Assembly (NCBI GenBank): GCA_963666535.1 | Contig: OY762913.1 | Location: 1,557,499 to 1,621,498 of the forward strand | Direction of reading: 5' to 3' | DNA length: 64,000 nt | Source of the DNA: Oscillospiraceae bacterium | GTDB taxonomy: Bacteria > Bacillota > Clostridia > Oscillospirales > Oscillospiraceae | Shown: one piece after another, positions 26,196 through 33,833 of the stretch | Layout of the letters: every line of letters begins with the position of its first letter | Position numbering within the stretch: the first letter of the stretch is position 1 | Notes under the pieces: generated by a model | The model's input: only the letters and a program-made list of their open reading frames with translations | Databases searched by the model: none | Told to the model about the DNA's origin: nothing | Translations under genes and position numbers: made by a program

Positions 26196-26414
26196 TCATT
26201 CTCGACCCCTCTCGTTGGCGGTCTCGTCCCAGGCATCGACAGTGGAGATGCAGTTGTCGCAGCCGACGATATCGCCATCGTTGTTCTTGTAAAAAGTGTC
26301 CGTCTCTTCCCCGCAAATGGGGCAGACAGGATATTTCGGCTCTTTTCCGTCTGGGTAGCCCGTGCGTTCTAAGTTCTGCACAATCGGATCATCCGGGAGA
26401 TCATGCGGATTCAT
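26196..26414 (-). CDS. Small Zn-ribbon protein
   Basis: ORF track 26196..26528. Preferred ATG at 26414 (MNPHDLPDDP...CPICGEE...CDNC), which overlaps the TGA of the upstream small ORF. Confidence 0.45.
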   Translation of the reverse strand: MNPHDLPDDPIVQNLERTGYPDGKEPKYPVCPICGEETDTFYKNNDGDIVGCDNCISTVDAWDETANERGRE

Positions 26415-26581
26415 GCTTGTCCGCGTTCCTTCCAATTGACCCCGCAGATCTGGCAAGCTGCATACAGTGCGTTCTGGTTGCGGAGCCGCTGCCACGCCTT
26501 GACCGACGGTGCCCAGCGAAAGCCGCATGATTTGAGCTTTTGCGTCATGGCGTCATCCTGGCGTTCATCGAAGCGGATCAT
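26411..26581 (-). CDS. DUF3560 C-terminal-like small protein (56 aa, below ORF-track cutoff)
   Basis: MIRFDERQDDAMTQKLKSCGFRWAPSVKAWQRLRN... ATG at 26579-81 overlaps the TGA of the 26578..27126 ORF. Confidence 0.4.
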   Translation of the reverse strand: MIRFDERQDDAMTQKLKSCGFRWAPSVKAWQRLRNQNALYAACQICGVNWKERGQA

Positions 26582-27126
26582 TCCCGGTTGGTGGTGGGGT
26601 CGCTCTCGATCTCACCGCCGTCAAACTCGATCAGCTCCGCAGGCATGTTGTCGATGCGTTCCAGATTTGCGATACGCTCTTTCGCGGCCTTGATGTCCCT
26701 GCCGAGATACGGAAGGGTGTACCAAGGCGCCGGTTCGGTTCCGTTCTTCCTCGCCTCTTTGTTGAAGGCCTTAACCCGGTCCCTCTCAGTTTCCAGCTTT
26801 GCGACCTTCTCCTGAAGCTTCTCAATCGCGGCCGGATCGTCCGAAGAAATCGCGCTGTTGCTCTCTGCGGCGTCGGCTTTTTCAGCGTAATAATCGGCTT
26901 TGTCGGACAGGCCAACGGACTTGTCCATCAGCTTCGCGCTTTTGGCCCTAAGGTTCGGAAGTGCAGGCCGACCGATGATGTTTGGCTGCCCGAGCGGGAT
27001 ATCCTTCACAAAATCGAAACTTCTCTTGCTTGCCGCATCTGATTCTTTTGATGCCTTATAGGCTGCGTCGTTCAGTCGGTCTATCCTGGCTTGACGGCGC
27101 TCTTCGTAATCTTCTCTTCCTGGCAT
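26578..27126 (-). CDS. DUF3560-like protein
   Basis: 182 aa. KDIPLGQPNIIGRPALPNLRAKSAKLMDKSV...ADYYAEKADAAE resembles DUF3560 proteins as I recall. RBS GGAGAGG before the ATG. Confidence 0.55.
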   Translation of the reverse strand: MPGREDYEERRQARIDRLNDAAYKASKESDAASKRSFDFVKDIPLGQPNIIGRPALPNLRAKSAKLMDKSVGLSDKADYYAEKADAAESNSAISSDDPAAIEKLQEKVAKLETERDRVKAFNKEARKNGTEPAPWYTLPYLGRDIKAAKERIANLERIDNMPAELIEFDGGEIESDPTTNRE

Positions 27127-27545
27127 ATTGCGCCTCTCCTTTGTTCAAAATCTGCGATGCATTGCCTGACCTGATGGGTGAGCCAGTCCTGCATGGTATC
27201 AAACCCATCGGACCGCACAAGGCGTTGCAACTGCTCATATTCATCATCCTCAAGGCGGCATGATATGCGGCACTTCAGGCGATGACCACCGGATTTGTGC
27301 TTTTTAGCGGTTGGTTCGGAATTGGCTTGCTGCGGAAGATCTGCAGGCTGCGTAGGCTGCGCGGCGGGATACTTCACGAACAATGCTTCATAGCCGTCAG
27401 GATGGAGTACAACGCCGTATTTCTCCGGCTTTGAGCACTTGGAAAGCAGCGTCTTGTCGAAGCTGGGGAAGCGGGCCTTGACCACGCGGACGGCTTCCTT
27501 CGGCGCAATGCCTCCGGCCGACAGTGTTTCTTTCAGGTTGTTCAT
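27081..27545 (-). CDS. Ribbon-helix-helix (MobC-like) protein
   Basis: 154 aa. RLKCRISCRLEDDEYEQLQRLVRSDGFDTMQDWLTHQV has an RHH pattern. The 3' end overlaps the next gene by 46 nt. Confidence 0.45.
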   Translation of the reverse strand: MNNLKETLSAGGIAPKEAVRVVKARFPSFDKTLLSKCSKPEKYGVVLHPDGYEALFVKYPAAQPTQPADLPQQANSEPTAKKHKSGGHRLKCRISCRLEDDEYEQLQRLVRSDGFDTMQDWLTHQVRQCIADFEQRRGAICQEEKITKSAVKPG

Positions 27546-27739
27546 CAGCTATACCGCCTCTCCTGATTGACAGCTGAGCTTGATACTGATATGATGCCGA
27601 TAGGTTTATTTTCCCGGGGCCGTGTCTGTGACAGCAGCGCGGCCTCTTTCTTTTGTGTGATCGCACCGCCCGCTTTGGGGTTAATAACAGCTCCTTTCAT
27701 CTTGTGTGCTCCTTTCATTAGGCTGGCTCCGTTGCTTTG

Positions 27740-27937
27740 TTATTTGCCGCTGTGATCGCTTTCAGCTTCTCCGCTTGCAGCCGCTTTTCTGGCCATCCGC
27801 GCCGCTGTCTTGGCGTCCAAGGCCTCACGGCCACCGGGCATAGCCAAGATGGTTTTAAGCAGATCGAGCGTTCCGGCCGCGAGTCTGTCAATGGCGGGTT
27901 GCGGCATTTTGCCGATATCTATGTAGGTCGTGTCCAT
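27740..27937 (-). CDS. Hypothetical early protein
   Basis: 65-aa ORF, second gene of the Cro-side operon. Confidence 0.4.
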   Translation of the reverse strand: MDTTYIDIGKMPQPAIDRLAAGTLDLLKTILAMPGGREALDAKTAARMARKAAASGEAESDHSGK

Positions 27938-27966
27938 GTCTGCCTCCTCCCATAGTGTTTAACGGA

Positions 27967-28167
27967 TTAAACACAGTCGGCAAAAAAAATCTTGTCCACC
28001 GTAGTGTTCAAGGCCTGTGCAAGTTTGACCAGCGTTTTGGTAGAAACTGCTCTTTTAGTACCGTTTTCAAGGGCGGATACCGTGCCGCGGCTGATGCCGC
28101 TCTTTTCACAGAGTTCCTCCTGAGACATTTTGAGGGCGACCCTGACTTCCTTGATTCTGTACCCCAT
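27967..28167 (-). CDS. Cro-like XRE-family HTH regulator
   Basis: 66 aa. LKMSQEELCEKSGISRGTVSALENG HTH. Divergent from the CI-like gene. Confidence 0.8.
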   Translation of the reverse strand: MGYRIKEVRVALKMSQEELCEKSGISRGTVSALENGTKRAVSTKTLVKLAQALNTTVDKIFFADCV

Positions 28168-28210
28168 GTAGTTACCTCCTTTCGAAATGTTTAATCGGCT
28201 GCACAGTCAC

Positions 28211-28239
28211 ATAGTACATCGCAAATTTTTACGTGTCAA
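28211..28239 (-). promoter_or_regulatory. Sigma-70-type promoter for the Cro-side early operon
   Basis: Minus strand: TTGACA (28234-39), 17-nt spacer, TACTAT (28211-16). Confidence 0.55.
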
Positions 28240-28247
28240 GAGGATTG

Positions 28248-28258
28248 CACAAATTGTG
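28248..28258. promoter_or_regulatory. Candidate operator palindrome between the divergent promoters
   Basis: CACAA-A-TTGTG perfect inverted repeat. Extra half-site CACAAAT at 28271-77. Confidence 0.4.
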
Positions 28259-28281
28259 TTCAATTTATTTCACAAATACGA

Positions 28282-28311
28282 TTGACATAGCAAAGGGCAA
28301 GAATGTATAAT
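28282..28311 (+). promoter_or_regulatory. Sigma-70-type promoter for the CI-like repressor gene
   Basis: TTGACA (28282-87), 18-nt spacer, TATAAT (28306-11). RBS GAGGAGG precedes the ATG at 28341. Confidence 0.6.
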
Positions 28312-28340
28312 GGATTGAACGTAGCGAGGAGGAATTCCGT

Positions 28341-28739
28341 ATGGATTTGCGAAATTTTATAATTAAATACAGGTCTGAACACAGCCTTTCGCAGCGCCAG
28401 TTTTCTGAAGCGTGCGGTATGTCGAATGGTTATATATCAATGATTGAACGCGGTGAAAATCCGAAGACTAAGCTGCCTGTAACTCCCACGCTTACGGCCT
28501 TAAAGAAGATAGCTTCTGGTATGGGGATGACTCTGTCTGCGTTGCTTACAGAGGTTGATGATATGGATGTTAATCTAATCGATAATTCGTCCCCAAAAAA
28601 GACCGCCCTCAACATAGAGAGCGGTCTGATGGATGACGCTGATTCTGAAATTGTCAGCATTATTTTATCTCTGTCTCAGAATAAAAAGGCAGAGGCTCTT
28701 CGCTATCTTCGTTATCTTGCAAAGAGCGAAGATATGTAA
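28341..28739 (+). CDS. CI-like XRE-family repressor
   Basis: 132 aa. HSLSQRQFSEACGMSNGYISMIERG HTH plus a C-terminal extension. Confidence 0.8.
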   Translation: MDLRNFIIKYRSEHSLSQRQFSEACGMSNGYISMIERGENPKTKLPVTPTLTALKKIASGMGMTLSALLTEVDDMDVNLIDNSSPKKTALNIESGLMDDADSEIVSIILSLSQNKKAEALRYLRYLAKSEDM

Positions 28740-28967
28740 ATAGCGCACACTTGCTGTCCGCCGGCACATCTTCGAGAAGGCGCAGTAGTTCCAGGACTTT
28801 CTTACTTGATGCCATATTCGCCGATCCTTTCTTTTATTCTGCCGGCAGTGTAATTAGTGTACCACGGTTTTAGATTTCTTGCAGCGAAAAGATAATTAAT
28901 CACTTTCGACTGACATCGACCAGTGATATCCTGTATATGGGAATTTGTGTTGTGAAGGAGGGCGTTT

Positions 28968-29498
28968 ATGAAACGGATAGTATTATTTTTTGCTGTCATT
29001 GCATTACTGCTTTCATGCGTAGCGTGTGGCAACGCAACCGGATCGGCGGAGCAGAGCAACGGAACGGGGTCTCCAGAGGCGAGTGAGAACGTGATTCCAG
29101 AAGAAACATTGCAAGAAATCAAAAAATCAATGTCTGGTCTTTTCGATGGTATATATGAATATACCACCTCCGTCACAGAAAAAGATGGTGGCGTGGTGAT
29201 TGGCCTAACAATGTCTGGCGGAATGCTGGATGAAACATTCTCTGATTTTGTGGTCTATGGATCGGCCGCGGCTGAAGAAGCAATATCACAAGCAGATGTG
29301 AAACTGACAACATTCCGCGTTATTTTCGACATAAAAGAAAACGGAAGTGACGGGCGCTCTGGTATTTTGTGCTGGAGCAGCGATGACTTGTTAACGGGTT
29401 TGTTGACGGATTCTACACTGAATCGCAATGTTCTCAAAGCAGACGCAACCCCAGAGTATATTGCTGACACATACGGGACGCTCGAGCCGGGAAACTGA
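28968..29498 (+). CDS. Prophage-encoded lipoprotein (moron)
   Basis: 176 aa. MKRIVLFFAVIALLLSCVACGN is a signal peptide with lipobox-like LLSC. Strong RBS GAAGGAGG. AT-richer than the phage body. Confidence 0.7.
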   Translation: MKRIVLFFAVIALLLSCVACGNATGSAEQSNGTGSPEASENVIPEETLQEIKKSMSGLFDGIYEYTTSVTEKDGGVVIGLTMSGGMLDETFSDFVVYGSAAAEEAISQADVKLTTFRVIFDIKENGSDGRSGILCWSSDDLLTGLLTDSTLNRNVLKADATPEYIADTYGTLEPGN

Positions 29499-29527
29499 AA
29501 AGCATTTCAGAATAGAGGTGACGCCGA

Positions 29528-31159
29528 TTGCCGGCAAAGAAAAAGCAGGCCAAAAATCCGCAAGAGCAGGAGCCCGGCGTCATTTACGCTCGGTATTCCA
29601 GCCACGCGCAAAAGGATGCATCTATTGAGCAGCAGGTCGAGGAGTGCGAAAAATACGCTCGGGAAATCGGGCTACACATTGTAGGAACATACTCTGACCG
29701 CGCCATTTCCGGAAAGACCGATCGGCGTGCCGACTTCCAGCGAATGATGCGCGACGCCGAGAAAGGCAAATTCAAGTATGTCATCGCGTGGAAGTCAAAC
29801 CGCATGGGGCGGAATATGCTCCAGGCCATGATGAACGAGGCGAGGCTTCAGGACTTGGAAATCCGCGTCCTCTACACGGAGGAGGACTTCGACGACACCG
29901 CGGCCGGCCGCTTTGCGCTCCGCTCCATGATGAACGTCAATCAGTTTTATTCTGAAAACATGGCCGAGGACATAAAGCGCGGTCTTTACGACAACGCCGC
30001 AAACTGCAAGGTGGCAAACGGACACCTCCCATACGGATACAAAGCCGACGAGGATTTGAAGTATACACTCGACGAGCCAAAGGCTGCCGTGGTTCAGGAA
30101 ATATATGCCCGCGTTTCTTGCGGAGAGCCCATCGTCGATATTTATACGGATTTGAACAGCCGGGGGTTGACGACTTCGCTCGGGAATCAGTGGGGCAGGA
30201 GCAGCTTCAATAAGTTGCTGTCAAATGAGCGGTACTTGGGGATATACATTTACGGGGATGTCCGCATTGAGGGCGGCGTTCCTCGAATTATCAGCGACGA
30301 GCTGTTCTACAAGGTGCAGGAGGTGTTAAAAACGAAAAAGAACGCCAGAGGCCGTCATCGAAACGATGCTGCGAATTATCTACTCACCGGGAAGCTATAC
30401 TGCGGTCATTGTAAAAGCCCCATGACGGGTATCTCCGGCACCAGCCGAACCGGGGACTTACATTACTACTATGTTTGCCAAAAGAAGCGGCAGGAAAAGT
30501 CATGTGAAAAGAAGAACGTCAAGCGGGACGAAATCGAGTTGCAGCTTGCAAAGGCGATAAAGGAATACTGCTTGACCGACGAGCTGATCGAATGGTACGC
30601 CGACCAAACCGTGGGATATTTCAAGCGGCAGTCTGAAACCGACCGCATCAAAGGGCTGGAGGATGAGCTGGCCGACACGCAGCGCAGTATAAAGAATACG
30701 CTCAAAGCCATTGATGCCGGAATCATCACAGAAAGCACCAGAGCGCACCTTATGGAACTGGAGGCGAAACAATCGAAGCTTACTGGATTAATCTCTGCCA
30801 ATAAAGCCGACATTGTTCAGGTTGACCGTGAGGACCTTATCAGTAGCATGGGAATGGTGAGGGATGGTGATATCCACGACAAGAAATATCAAGCGCTACT
30901 ATTTGACACTTTTCTTATACGGGTCTATTTGTATGATGACGACCTGGAACTTATATTCAGTTGCCCTGGCATAAAAAAATCAATAAGAATCCCGTTGGAT
31001 GTATCAGCCGTCGAAAACATAGAAGCGACAGCCACCGCTAAGGTTCGTTTAAGCTCCACTTTGAGCCACCAAAAAGACATAGCTTCCCTCGGGGGAGCTA
31101 TGTCTTTCTTTATGGGAAAAAGTATGGTATTATGGATTCAGAGTTTATTATTTCATTAG
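29528..31159 (+). CDS. Large serine recombinase (phage integrase)
   Basis: 543 aa, TTG start 6 nt after GAGGTGA. Resolvase-type VIYARYSSHAQKDASIEQQ, recombinase domain, Zn-ribbon CGHCKSPMTG...YYYVCQKK, coiled-coil region. Confidence 0.9.
   Translation: MPAKKKQAKNPQEQEPGVIYARYSSHAQKDASIEQQVEECEKYAREIGLHIVGTYSDRAISGKTDRRADFQRMMRDAEKGKFKYVIAWKSNRMGRNMLQAMMNEARLQDLEIRVLYTEEDFDDTAAGRFALRSMMNVNQFYSENMAEDIKRGLYDNAANCKVANGHLPYGYKADEDLKYTLDEPKAAVVQEIYARVSCGEPIVDIYTDLNSRGLTTSLGNQWGRSSFNKLLSNERYLGIYIYGDVRIEGGVPRIISDELFYKVQEVLKTKKNARGRHRNDAANYLLTGKLYCGHCKSPMTGISGTSRTGDLHYYYVCQKKRQEKSCEKKNVKRDEIELQLAKAIKEYCLTDELIEWYADQTVGYFKRQSETDRIKGLEDELADTQRSIKNTLKAIDAGIITESTRAHLMELEAKQSKLTGLISANKADIVQVDREDLISSMGMVRDGDIHDKKYQALLFDTFLIRVYLYDDDLELIFSCPGIKKSIRIPLDVSAVENIEATATAKVRLSSTLSHQKDIASLGGAMSFFMGKSMVLWIQSLLFH
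31072..31150. repeat. Terminator-like repeat element, copy A (inside the recombinase 3' end)
   Basis: AAAAGACATAGCTTCCCTCGGGGGAGCTATGTCTTTCTTTATGGGAAAAAGTATGGTATTATGGATTC. Hairpin GACATAGCT...AGCTATGTC plus T-rich tail. Confidence 0.8.
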
Positions 31160-31189
31160 ACAAACAGAAGCTTGCGGAGGAATTTCTAT

Positions 31190-31642
31190 ATGAGATATAA
31201 ATATACAAATGGGTCTGAACCAGACTTTATTTTATTGTGCCATGAACTGGATGAATTTCTGAATAAATTGGTTGGCGGAGAAGAAAACCGTTTGCAATAT
31301 ATTCCATATAATCAGTTAGACGATATTCACGATGTTGTTATAGTTTACGACGGGGATAAACCTATAGGTTGTGCAAGTTTTAAGCATTATGATGTTGTAA
31401 CGGCAGAGGTAAAACGCGTATTCATTAGGGAAGAATATCGCGGAAAAGATATTTCAAAAAAATTGATGGAATTGTTGGAGCAAAGCGCAAAGAAACAAGG
31501 CTATAAAAAATTTGTACTGGAGTCCGGTGAGCCATTGATTGCCGCAATGAAATTATACAGGACCATTGGTTATTTTAAAATTAAAAATTTCGGGCAATAC
31601 AAAGATATGCTAGATTCCGTCTGCATGGAGAAAATACTGTAA
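31190..31642 (+). CDS. GNAT-family N-acetyltransferase
   Basis: ORF track 31172..31642. ATG at 31190, 9 nt after GGAGG. VFIREEYRGKDISKKLMELLEQSAKKQGYKKFVLESG acetyl-CoA-binding motif. AT-rich. Confidence 0.8.
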   Translation: MRYKYTNGSEPDFILLCHELDEFLNKLVGGEENRLQYIPYNQLDDIHDVVIVYDGDKPIGCASFKHYDVVTAEVKRVFIREEYRGKDISKKLMELLEQSAKKQGYKKFVLESGEPLIAAMKLYRTIGYFKIKNFGQYKDMLDSVCMEKIL

Positions 31643-31683
31643 TTTTCAGTATGTAACTTAATTAGAGATTATACTAACTGTAA

Positions 31684-31758
31684 GGCATAGATTCCCTCCG
31701 GGGAGCTATGTCTTTCTTTATGGGAAAAAATATGGTATTATGAATTCTAAGGTTATTA
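31684..31758. repeat. Terminator-like repeat element, copy B
   Basis: 5 mismatches in 64 hand-aligned positions against copy A (31076-31139 vs 31684-31747). 42 nt after the GNAT stop. Confidence 0.8.
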
Positions 31759-31825
31759 CGAAGCTTAAATAAGTTTTATTACATAATTTTAGCGGAAAAT
31801 TTTTGATACAATGAGGAGATAGGCT

Positions 31826-31868
31826 ATGAAGAATTTTAAGCAAGCGATTGGTTTCATTGTGTATATAG
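31826..31868 (+). pseudogene. 5' fragment of a small multi-pass membrane-protein gene interrupted by the IS
   Basis: GAGGAG RBS, ATG 31826, MKNFKQAIGFIVYI, then the IS end. The reading frame resumes at 33390. Confidence 0.75.
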
Positions 31869-33381
31869 GAGACCCCGAAAAATTTTGTGTAAAAGTGAAT
31901 GAGAGACATCCTTTTGGTCAAGAATTGGAGCAATAACAATTCAACACTGAAAGGATGTTTTTTATGAAGGAAGCACCGGCAGAACTGATGCGAGAATACG
32001 TGAACAGCCAAAAGTTTAGCAGCACCATGGAGATTATGGGGGCCATGAAGGAAATGTTTCGTGACGTACTTCAGCAGGTCATGGAAAGCGAGCTGGACTC
32101 GGAGCTGGGCTACGAAAAAAGCGAAAGAGCGTCGCAAACCGCTGTCGAACCGGAAGCTAAGAATTACCGAAATGGGTATTCGCAAAAGACAGTCAAGACG
32201 CAATTGGGCGAGGTGGAGATCAAGGTGCCCCGGGATCGCAACGGAAAATATGAGCCTCAAATCATCGAAAGATACAGCCGAAACGCCGACGGCATGGAGG
32301 AAAAGATTCTTTCCCTGTATGCCTGTGGCATGAGTCAGCGGGATATAGCGGAGCAGATTAAGAGCCTTTATGATGTGGAAATCTCCCCAGAGCTAGTGAG
32401 TAAGATCAGCGAGAAAATCATGCCGGAGGTTTCGGCATGGCAGAACAGACCGTTGGAACCCGTCTATCCATTTGTATTTTTGGACGCTATTCATTACAAG
32501 GTCAAGGAAAATCACCAGTATGTCACCAAGGCTTCCTATGTGGTACTTGGCATCACCATGGATGGCAGAAAGGACATTCTTGGCGTTTGGATCGGGGAAC
32601 ATGAGAGCAGCAAGTTTTGGCTTTCTGTGTTGAATGACCTCAAAAGCAGGGGTGTTTTGGATGTTTATCTGTTCTGTGTGGACGGGCTGAAGGGCTTCTG
32701 CGAGGCCATCAATGCCGTTTACCCCCAAGCGCAAATCCAACGCTGCATCATCCATCAGATCCGCAGCTCCACCCGCTATGTGAGCTACAAGGATATCAAG
32801 GCGCTCATGGCTGATTTGAAACTGGTCTATAAAGCCGTCACGGAAGACGAAGCGTTGGAGCATTTGATGGCATTCCGTGAAAAGTGGGGTAAACAGTATC
32901 CCTCCTGCGTCAAGAGCTGGGAAGAAAACTGGGACATTCTGAGCACCTTTTTCGCATACCCCGCCGAAATCCGGCGCATCATATACACGACAAACATCAT
33001 TGAGGGTCTTAACCGCCAGTTTCGGCAAATCACCAAAAATAAACCCAGCTTTACCAGCGATGACTCCCTGCGCAAGATGCTGTATCTGGCATCTAAAAAA
33101 ATTGTCGAACACTGGACGTCCAGATGTCGAAACTGGGATATGGTATTAAGCCAGCTCAACCTGATGTTTTCTGAGCGAGCCGCAGTCTGATTTTACCTTG
33201 AAATAGAGTTCCCCTGGGCGGACGCGGCATTCACGCAAAGCGCGCATACCGTGTCCGCTCCCGGGGAAACGGGCAGTGAAGGCAAAATCCACAGTCTTGA
33301 TTTGCAAGAGCAAACCCACAGATACAAGCTAAAATTCTTGATCAAGGGATTTTACAATTACACAAAATTTTCCGACGTGCC
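31869..33381 (+). mobile_element. IS256-family insertion sequence (1513 bp) with 8-bp target-site duplication GTATATAG
   Basis: Imperfect terminal inverted repeats: GAGACCCCGAAAAATTTTGTGTAAAAGTGAAT against the reverse complement of the right end, GGCACGTCGGAAAATTTTGTGTAATTGTAAAA (24/32 by hand). GTATATAG at 31861-68 and 33382-89. Confidence 0.85.
31955..33190 (+). CDS. IS256-family (mutator-type) transposase
   Basis: 411 aa. NYRNGYSQKTVKTQLGEVEIKVPRDRNG, FLDAIHYKV, CVDGLKGF and IQRCIIHQIR are typical Transposase_mut motifs. Confidence 0.95.
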   Translation: MFFMKEAPAELMREYVNSQKFSSTMEIMGAMKEMFRDVLQQVMESELDSELGYEKSERASQTAVEPEAKNYRNGYSQKTVKTQLGEVEIKVPRDRNGKYEPQIIERYSRNADGMEEKILSLYACGMSQRDIAEQIKSLYDVEISPELVSKISEKIMPEVSAWQNRPLEPVYPFVFLDAIHYKVKENHQYVTKASYVVLGITMDGRKDILGVWIGEHESSKFWLSVLNDLKSRGVLDVYLFCVDGLKGFCEAINAVYPQAQIQRCIIHQIRSSTRYVSYKDIKALMADLKLVYKAVTEDEALEHLMAFREKWGKQYPSCVKSWEENWDILSTFFAYPAEIRRIIYTTNIIEGLNRQFRQITKNKPSFTSDDSLRKMLYLASKKIVEHWTSRCRNWDMVLSQLNLMFSERAAV

Positions 33382-33389
33382 GTATATAG

Positions 33390-33730
33390 CAATCTGGGTT
33401 TTGCTTTTACTTTGGTTTTGGATTGGACTGTCTCCTGATGGAGCTATGGCTTATAGCATTATTTCTTTCTATTTGGTGCTTCCGATTTCTTCGTTTGCTA
33501 TATCCTGCGGTTTGAGAACCAAAAACATTTGGATCAAGGGGCTTTCCCCGGTCTTTTTTGGCTGCATGGCAATGATGCTGGGTTTTCTGACCTTCGACTT
33601 AGCAAATACGCTGACCTTTCAAAACCAGCACATTCCTGATTTTAAAATGGCACTTGCTTCGGCGATTCCGTCCTTGACGGGGCTATGCGTCAGCGCTGGC
33701 GTGACAGCACTCAAAAAGAAAAAGGGCTGA
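33390..33730 (+). pseudogene. 3' fragment of the IS-interrupted membrane-protein gene
   Basis: Continues AIWVLLLLWFWIGLSPDGAMAYSIISFYLVLPISSF... Joining 31826-31868 to 33390-33730 gives 384 nt (127 aa plus stop), in frame. Confidence 0.75.
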
Positions 33731-33833
33731 CTTTGAACATGATGGTACAATATGAAACGGACAAATTTTAATTTCTCACAGGGATGATAAGAAAGACAAT
33801 TTGATTTGAAGATTTTTTTCACCATTACTCCAG

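Larger units (their letters stand above)
1..31159. mobile_element. Temperate tailed-phage prophage, right-hand ~31 kb (tail/lysis side continues past the left window edge; right end set at the serine recombinase stop, true att junction unresolved)
   Basis: Uninterrupted phage gene order on the minus strand (connector, capsid, protease, portal, gpW, terminase, methylase, late regulator, replication/early genes, Cro-like) facing a plus-strand CI-like repressor, lipoprotein and large serine recombinase. Confidence 0.85.

Noticed and set aside
27547-27700. Possible 51-aa ORF (MKGAVINPKAGGAITQKK...) between the 65-aa gene and the RHH-like gene
   Set aside because: An AAAGGAG RBS is present, but the product is low-complexity and too short to support. 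Left unannotated.
28802-29176. 124-aa minus-strand ORF between the repressor and integrase genes
   Set aside because: Its 5' two-thirds is antisense to the lipoprotein gene, which has a strong RBS and a signal peptide. The minus ORF has no RBS. At most its 3' end (28802-28960) could be a gene remnant.
33251-33730. 159-aa ORF read as a single gene
   Set aside because: Its first ~45 codons are the right end of the IS256-family element, including the inverted repeat. Only the part from 33390 belongs to the interrupted membrane-protein gene.
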